A stretch of 12,883 nucleotides of DNA from Chthonomonadales bacterium (GTDB lineage Bacteria; Armatimonadota; Chthonomonadetes; Chthonomonadales; CAJBBX01). This document shows, piece by piece, positions 7,657-12,883 of the stretch. The position numbers and the translations under genes are program-made. The stretch is from NCBI GenBank assembly GCA_049967475.1, contig JBMFSQ010000048.1, forward strand, positions 1 to 12,883, read 5' to 3'. The notes below the pieces were generated by a model. That model was given only the letters and a program-made list of their open reading frames with translations, was not told where the DNA came from and ran no database searches. The number at the start of each line of letters is the position of its first letter. Positions within the stretch are counted from its first letter, which is position 1.

Positions 7657-9510
7657 TTATTCTTCGACGCGCCCTCCAAGCCACCGGGCAAGGAACTTCT
7701 CGGCAACGGCGTAGAAGCGCAACCGGTTCTCCGGCCGCGCAAAACCGTGCCCTTCATCCTCGAACAAAAGGTACTCGACGTCCTTTCCGCGCTCCCGAAG
7801 AGCCGCCACAATCTGCTCGCTCTCCGTTCTCTTTACTCTTGGATCGTTGGCCCCCTGGGCGATGAGGAGCGGGCACTGGATCCGGTCCGCGCTGAAGAGC
7901 GGAGACCGCTGCATCAATAGGTCCCGGTCGGCGTCGGTGTCGCCCACGCGTACGGCGAAGAGGCGCTTGAGAGGTTCCCAGTATGGCGGAATAGAAGCGA
8001 TAAGGGTAAGGATGTTGCTGGGTCCCACCACGTCCACGGCGCACGCAAACACGTCGGGCGTGAACGCCGCCCCCGCCAGCGCCGCATATCCTCCGTAAGA
8101 CCCGCCGAAGATGCCTACGCGCCGAGGATCCGCTATGGAGTGTTCCACAGCCCAATGCACCGCATCAATGAGATCATCGTGCATCTTCCCGCCCCACTCC
8201 TTGTCGCCGGCATGAAGGAACTTCTTTCCGTACCCCGTAGACCCGCGATAGTTCACTTGCAGGCACGCGTATCCCCGATTGGCCAGCCACTGAGCTTCGG
8301 CGTCATAGCCCCACGTGTCCCGCGACCAAGGGCCTCCATGGACGTTGAGAACCAGCGGCAGATTGCGAGCCTCAGCTCCGGGCGGAAGCGTAAGGTATCC
8401 ATGCAGCGTGAGCCCGTCCCGAGCTTGGATATGCACCGGCCGCATTTCGGCGAGGGGATACTTTTCCAACGCAGGCCGCGTCGTGAAGAGGTAGTCCAAG
8501 CGCGCCTCCCCTCGGCGGTACAAAAAGTAGGCAGCAGGTGCCTGATCCTGCACATAAAGAACCACCCACAGTCTGTCATCGAGGCTGCGCGCTTCCACGT
8601 GAAGCTCGCCCCGCCCCTGGGACTGAAGCCATTCCAAATCCGCAGCGACAGCCTCGTCTAAGGGGCGCCACTCCAGCCGGTCCAGGTTGAAGCCCGCAGC
8701 CTGCACGCGGTGCTCCAAAGGATGCATCAGGACGTCGCTCAGATCAACGCGGCTGTCCGACGCCAATACCGTCTCTGCGCCGGTGTCTGCGCGCACAAGG
8801 CGAAGCTCCACGGTGTCGCTGCCGATGCTGCTCGCCACATAGAGGGCATCGCCGTCCTCCGTAAAAGCATAGGGACGGCCTTCCTCATCGGGTCCCCAGG
8901 TTATCAGGGGTCGCCAATGGGCCACATCAGCGGAGCCGCCGGAATCCCGAACAGCCAATTCGAACCCGCCGTCGGGTAGGGCCCGATAAGCCCCGCGCAC
9001 TTCGAAATGCGCGTCAGCCAGCCAGCCCACAACGTCTCCGGGGTTGACGATCTCCAACACTCCAGTCCCTTTGTCGAGGTTCACGCGGTAGACGTCGTGG
9101 AAGCGCGCATCCCGAACGTTCAGAGCTACGAGCATCTCGTCGGGATAGCGCGGATCCAATGCCAGGATCTCGGCCCGTACCCCGTCGAAGGGTGTAAGGT
9201 CCCGGATCCTGCCCTCCACTAGATCCACAGACCACACATGCCAATTCTCGTCACCGTTAAAATCCTGAAGGTAAAGGAGATGGCGATTGTTGAATGCCCA
9301 GGTGTACAGCCGAATTCCGCGCTTCCGGTCCCTGGTCACGACACGGTCATCGTTTTGGCCGAGGGTGCGCACCCACACATTCAAAACGCCCTCCAAAGGC
9401 GCCAGATAGGCCAGGCGCGTGCCGTCGGGAGACACGGTGGCCGACGTACGTTCCGGATTACCGAACAGTAATTCGCGGGGGATCAGGGGCAAAGCGTCCA
9501 AATGGGCCAT
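7657..9510 (-). CDS. S9 family serine peptidase (dipeptidyl aminopeptidase/acylaminoacyl peptidase-like)
   Basis: Beta-propeller-like N-terminus (SPDG..LAY), VHGGPW, NYRGSTGYG, nucleophile GGSYGG, QGANDPRV, DEGHGF. GGAG SD; no signal peptide. Confidence 0.96.
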   Translation of the reverse strand: MAHLDALPLIPRELLFGNPERTSATVSPDGTRLAYLAPLEGVLNVWVRTLGQNDDRVVTRDRKRGIRLYTWAFNNRHLLYLQDFNGDENWHVWSVDLVEGRIRDLTPFDGVRAEILALDPRYPDEMLVALNVRDARFHDVYRVNLDKGTGVLEIVNPGDVVGWLADAHFEVRGAYRALPDGGFELAVRDSGGSADVAHWRPLITWGPDEEGRPYAFTEDGDALYVASSIGSDTVELRLVRADTGAETVLASDSRVDLSDVLMHPLEHRVQAAGFNLDRLEWRPLDEAVAADLEWLQSQGRGELHVEARSLDDRLWVVLYVQDQAPAAYFLYRRGEARLDYLFTTRPALEKYPLAEMRPVHIQARDGLTLHGYLTLPPGAEARNLPLVLNVHGGPWSRDTWGYDAEAQWLANRGYACLQVNYRGSTGYGKKFLHAGDKEWGGKMHDDLIDAVHWAVEHSIADPRRVGIFGGSYGGYAALAGAAFTPDVFACAVDVVGPSNILTLIASIPPYWEPLKRLFAVRVGDTDADRDLLMQRSPLFSADRIQCPLLIAQGANDPRVKRTESEQIVAALRERGKDVEYLLFEDEGHGFARPENRLRFYAVAEKFLARWLGGRVEE

Positions 9511-9690
9511 CGGATACTCTCCACATCATGGATAAACATCCAGCGGTTTCTCCGTACGTGCTGTGACGCTTCCTGCAACAACGTATAACGTTGCACAGCT
9601 CGTCGGCGTGATAATCTGCATACAATTGCACAATACAGGGAGCAATTCCTTCCTCCACCACAAGGCATCCTTGGTGCGTTCTGAGACGTG

Positions 9691-9720
9691 TTGCAGGAAA
9701 TGGCCCCCTGCCCCTATAAT
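9691..9720 (+). promoter_or_regulatory. Sigma70-type promoter for the beta-barrel gene
   Basis: TTGCAG (9691-9696), 18-nt spacer, TATAAT (9715-9720), about 80 nt upstream of the ATG at 9800. Confidence 0.65.
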
Positions 9721-9799
9721 CAAAAGGGTGTTCGTACCCGTCCCTTCGCGCATCGGTGCCCGACTGCGTGAGGTGCTGTCCCTGGGAGGAGGTTTTCAG

Positions 9800-10903
9800 A
9801 TGCGTTCCAAACACGCGTGCGTCGCCGCGCTTGCCTTGTGCGCCCTGTTGGCTGCGTCCCCAAGCCGCTGCGACATTACCTTCGGCGGCCAAGCCCGCGC
9901 CTTTGCCATGGGAGGTGCCGGCATCGCCATCCTGGATCGTTCCGATCGCACGACGCCGCTGAACCCCGCATCCCTCGCCCTCCTGAACCGACGCGTAAAG
10001 CTGCGCCTCCCCAGCATCGGCCTTCGTGCCTCCGGCATCAGCCTCCAAGCTGCAATAGATCACCTCTTCACCCATCCCAGCCAGAACGACGCCGTGAGCT
10101 TGGCGCGGGATTTCGGAAGCCGGCAATCCGATTTTGGAGTGTCCCTCGCTTGGGGTATGCGCTTCGGCCATCTGGACCTGGACGCCGACGGCGTCGCTAC
10201 GGCCCACGTCATCCCCAATGCTGCTCTCGTCACGTGGGCCAAAACCGCTAACGGCGACGTCCACAAGCTCACCGGAGCCGAACAGGCCGATCTCTTGGCC
10301 GCTGCGGTGTATTCCCTGCCCCAGATCGGCCTCGCGGAACGCATATCACCTCGCGGCAGCCCCATCCACGTGGAAACAGGTGTCCGCATCAAGCTGGCGC
10401 GGGCCGTTTATACCCACTACATCGTCAACGCCAATAACATCGCCCACAATACTGCCGCAGTACCAGCCCCCGAGCTGGCGGGCGGAACCACCATCACCCA
10501 AGACGGCATCGGCATGGATTTCGGCCTCCTCATCCATCCGGCGGAACGCCATGGGTTCTCAGGAGCCGTCGTCGTAACGAACCTCGTGGATCCCCGCTTC
10601 ATCATCACCGGCACCGACGCATCCGGGGCAGCTACCCGATATGAACTCCAACCGCGAAGCGTGTCGGCCGGATCTGCCTATACGAGCGGCAAAATCGTGC
10701 TGGCTTACGACCTGGTGGATATCGGCCGCGCCTACGGGCCCCTCCAACACCGGCTGGGCGCCGAATACCGCACCCGCGGCGTGGCCCTGCGCGCCGGGTA
10801 CTCCAGCGTCCGCGGCTTTACCGGCGGCTTCGGATGGGGCTTCCTGGACTTTGCCTTCGGTGCCAGAGCTCCTTTGGAAGTGACCCAGAGCCTGCGCTTC
10901 TGA
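9800..10903 (+). CDS. Putative outer-membrane beta-barrel protein (FadL/PorV/TraF-like), 367 aa
   Basis: Strong SD GGAGGAGG before the ATG at 9800 (the ORF-track start at 9563 is too long). Signal peptide; ARAFAMGGAGIA ... NPASLA hatch motif; GMDFGL, LGAEY and LRAGY strands; C-terminal Phe. Confidence 0.8.
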   Translation: MRSKHACVAALALCALLAASPSRCDITFGGQARAFAMGGAGIAILDRSDRTTPLNPASLALLNRRVKLRLPSIGLRASGISLQAAIDHLFTHPSQNDAVSLARDFGSRQSDFGVSLAWGMRFGHLDLDADGVATAHVIPNAALVTWAKTANGDVHKLTGAEQADLLAAAVYSLPQIGLAERISPRGSPIHVETGVRIKLARAVYTHYIVNANNIAHNTAAVPAPELAGGTTITQDGIGMDFGLLIHPAERHGFSGAVVVTNLVDPRFIITGTDASGAATRYELQPRSVSAGSAYTSGKIVLAYDLVDIGRAYGPLQHRLGAEYRTRGVALRAGYSSVRGFTGGFGWGFLDFAFGARAPLEVTQSLRF

Positions 10904-10957
10904 GCCCCGTCCGGCCGGCGCGACCCCCATCCTTCGACTGAGCCGCCTGTGCCTCCA

Positions 10958-10981
10958 TGCCCTCGCCCGAAGCGTCCTCAT
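10958..10981 (+). repeat. 24-nt exact direct repeat, copy 1 (intergenic)
   Basis: TGCCCTCGCCCGAAGCGTCCTCAT, identical to 12699-12722. Confidence 0.97.
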
Positions 10982-11092
10982 CTTCGGGCACTGGGAGCCT
11001 AGGTGCGCCGCCCTCTGCCCGAACCCCCTTAGCTCCACTCTACCGGTCTCGAAAACTGTTGTGGGTAAGCTCGTGCAGGAATCCCAATGGCG

Positions 11093-11121
11093 TTGCAGAA
11101 TAGTTGCTCCAAATGCATGCT
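11093..11121 (+). promoter_or_regulatory. Possible weak sigma70 promoter for the hypothetical/DUF2791-like pair
   Basis: TTGCAG, 17-nt spacer, CATGCT. Same -35 hexamer as the promoter at 9691, but a poor -10. Confidence 0.25.
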
Positions 11122-11155
11122 CCGGACCGCGGACCTTATCAACGTGGAGGGCATA

Positions 11156-12187
11156 ATGCACTTAGATGAAGCGCTGCAACAACAGCAAGACAGGGTTGAG
11201 GTTCTCATCCGCCGGAACCGTGAGATCCTCAACAAAGAGCGAAAGATGCAGCAGAGGCTCCAGCGCGCACTCCGCGAGTGCGACGGTGGCCGCATGAGCC
11301 GCAGGAGGAACGTTGCAAAGATGCTTCAGGATTGCTACGATCCCGCCGATCCTCATCAAGTTGGCCTCATCCCCGACTGGCGCGTTTTGGAAGAGCTCGA
11401 GAGAAAAGCGGACGCCATCCTTCGCCCAAAGTTGGAGGAAGCGCTGCGCGCCTGTAAATTGCGCCAGGAAGGTCTCCGCCGTTTGGGCAAATCCCTTTCC
11501 ATCTGGCGTTCAGCCTGCGCAAACGGCAGCATCAGCGAGATTCCCACCGCCGCCCGGCGTGCCATCGAACAAGCAGCACCATTGCGAGCCGAGGCTATAG
11601 CCGTGCAGGAAGCCTGGAACTTCGACGGCCAAGCCTATCTGGAAGGCAATATCTGGATCGAGGATCTCCGCCGGGCCCTCGAGAAGCATGGGATACGCAC
11701 ATTCCCTGAGGGTGATTACCTGGTCGCTCCACCTCTGGTGATCCGCCCCATCCCGGAGAAGCTCGCCCTGCAAATGGACAAGAAGCTGTGGAGGAAGCTT
11801 CGCCCATCTTACGTGGCCAACGAGATCGCCCGTATTCGCAAGAACGGCGGGGTGCGTGGATCCAAGGAACTCCTGGAACACATTTTCCGGTCCGCCAAGA
11901 AGATGGCAGGCAGAGGCGCTAAAGAGCACACCTACGTAAGGCTGCGTGAGCTGTACGACCGTTGGTGCGAGGCGCCGGAGTGGAAGAAGGAGAACCCCGA
12001 CACGGTGTTCGGTCAGGCAATCCTTGCCCTTGAAACGTCTGGCCTTCGCACCACCCGCGATGGAACGCACTTTACCATAGACGGGCCGTCAGGCAGCCAA
12101 GACAGCACGCGAGAGAAGAACGTGCTCACCGCCTACACGCCCGAGGGATCTCTCAAGAGATACTACGCCATCAACTTCTTCAGATGA
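11156..12187 (+). CDS. Hypothetical protein (343 aa) with a helical/coiled-coil N-terminus, coupled to the DUF2791-like gene
   Basis: GGAGG SD at 11146-11150 before the ATG at 11156. Long open frame whose stop overlaps the next ATG (ATGA at 12184-12187). No catalytic motif recognised. Confidence 0.85.
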   Translation: MHLDEALQQQQDRVEVLIRRNREILNKERKMQQRLQRALRECDGGRMSRRRNVAKMLQDCYDPADPHQVGLIPDWRVLEELERKADAILRPKLEEALRACKLRQEGLRRLGKSLSIWRSACANGSISEIPTAARRAIEQAAPLRAEAIAVQEAWNFDGQAYLEGNIWIEDLRRALEKHGIRTFPEGDYLVAPPLVIRPIPEKLALQMDKKLWRKLRPSYVANEIARIRKNGGVRGSKELLEHIFRSAKKMAGRGAKEHTYVRLRELYDRWCEAPEWKKENPDTVFGQAILALETSGLRTTRDGTHFTIDGPSGSQDSTREKNVLTAYTPEGSLKRYYAINFFR

Positions 12188-12883
12188 GGCCTCGCAGGAT
12201 GGACAACGAAACAACCAGCAATGACACTCGGTACGTCTCTCCAGCGCACTGGCTGAGCGTGGTTGAGACCGAGTACTTGAGCCACTATATCCCGGCAGGC
12301 GGCTCGGCCGTAAAGGTGGTGAGCGGCGATGCCGACACGCTGGACGCCGCCACCGAACAGATACGGGAATTGGCGGCCAAATACTCATGCCACTTCGACC
12401 TGCTCAACCCCGACAGGTACGCAAGTGGACCCGCTCGGAACCTCCACAGGCTGGATCGCCTGCTCTTCCACATCACAGCCGGTATGAATTGGGACGAATT
12501 GGCCAATCAGCAGGCCGCTGAGTTCCTCCGGGAGGAAGCCATCCTCTTGCGCGCCGGTCGGGCTATCGGCGACTATCGCGGCATTGCAGAGGACAATGGC
12601 AGGTCGCCCGACGATCTCAGGCAGCAGTATGAAAGGGGCCTTACCCAACGCCTGCTCAAAGATCGTGAGATGGGCCTTGAATTTCGCGCCGCCGTCCTTG
12701 CCCTCGCCCGAAGCGTCCTCATGCCGCAAAACCAAATCCCATCCACGAAAGAAGCTGTTGTCGCTTGGCTCCGAGGAGCTCCCCTCCAAGGCGTTCGTTC
12801 GATCCTTCGCGGCATCCAGATCTACGAAGCCATCAACCAATCCAATGCGAAGTACGTATTGCAATCTCTTTGTCGCTGGCTGC
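12184..12883 (+). CDS. DUF2791/BrxD-like P-loop domain protein, N-terminal part (runs off the window edge), degenerate Walker A
   Basis: Manual translation, open to the window end: (MRPRR)MDNETT...HWLSVVETEYLSHYIPAGGSAVKVVSG...LEFRAAVLAL...VVAWLRG...IYEAINQSNAKYVLQSLCRWL. The 'GG...K', 'F..A...L', 'WL.G' and 'I...NA...L.SL..WL' pattern resembles BrxD/DUF2791 proteins. Start is 12184 or 12199. Not in the ORF track. Confidence 0.7.
   Translation, partial: MRPRRMDNETTSNDTRYVSPAHWLSVVETEYLSHYIPAGGSAVKVVSGDADTLDAATEQIRELAAKYSCHFDLLNPDRYASGPARNLHRLDRLLFHITAGMNWDELANQQAAEFLREEAILLRAGRAIGDYRGIAEDNGRSPDDLRQQYERGLTQRLLKDREMGLEFRAAVLALARSVLMPQNQIPSTKEAVVAWLRGAPLQGVRSILRGIQIYEAINQSNAKYVLQSLCRWL
12699..12722 (+). 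repeat. 24-nt exact direct repeat, copy 2 (inside the DUF2791-like CDS, codons for ALARSVL)
   Basis: TGCCCTCGCCCGAAGCGTCCTCAT, identical to 10958-10981. Confidence 0.97.

Noticed and set aside
9563..9799. N-terminal 79 aa of the 446-aa ORF-track call
   Set aside because: The promoter, strong SD and signal peptide all point to the ATG at 9800.
10904..11155. CRISPR array or DGR template interpretation of the repeat element
   Set aside because: No regularly spaced repeats, no cas or reverse transcriptase gene in the window, and the match is too short to show an adenine-specific mismatch pattern.
10559..11161. 200-aa minus-strand ORF crossing the repeat element
   Set aside because: Overlaps the barrel gene antisense; no convincing SD or protein-like features.
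12385..12864. 159-aa minus-strand ORF
   Set aside because: Antisense to the open plus-strand DUF2791-like frame, which is translationally coupled and motif-bearing.

Overview
GC-rich bacterial chromosomal window, probably from a diderm since it encodes a likely outer-membrane beta-barrel. Left part (minus strand): the str operon rpsL-rpsG-fusA-tuf (tuf truncated at the window edge), driven by a near-consensus sigma70 promoter. Its ~225-nt 5' leader has mutually exclusive terminator and antiterminator pairings. Middle (minus strand): an S9 peptidase, then a tightly coupled PilT-family ATPase, PIG-L/LmbE deacetylase, small secreted protein and M61 aminopeptidase. Right part (plus strand): a FadL/PorV/TraF-like barrel, a 343-aa hypothetical protein and a translationally coupled partial ORF missing from the ORF track. 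That ORF resembles DUF2791/BrxD-type P-loop proteins but has a degenerate Walker A. The most unusual signals are (1) an exact 24-nt direct repeat shared by a structured intergenic element upstream of this gene pair and the coding sequence of the DUF2791-like gene, and (2) the attenuator-like rpsL leader. All family assignments come from motif recognition by eye, not database searches.
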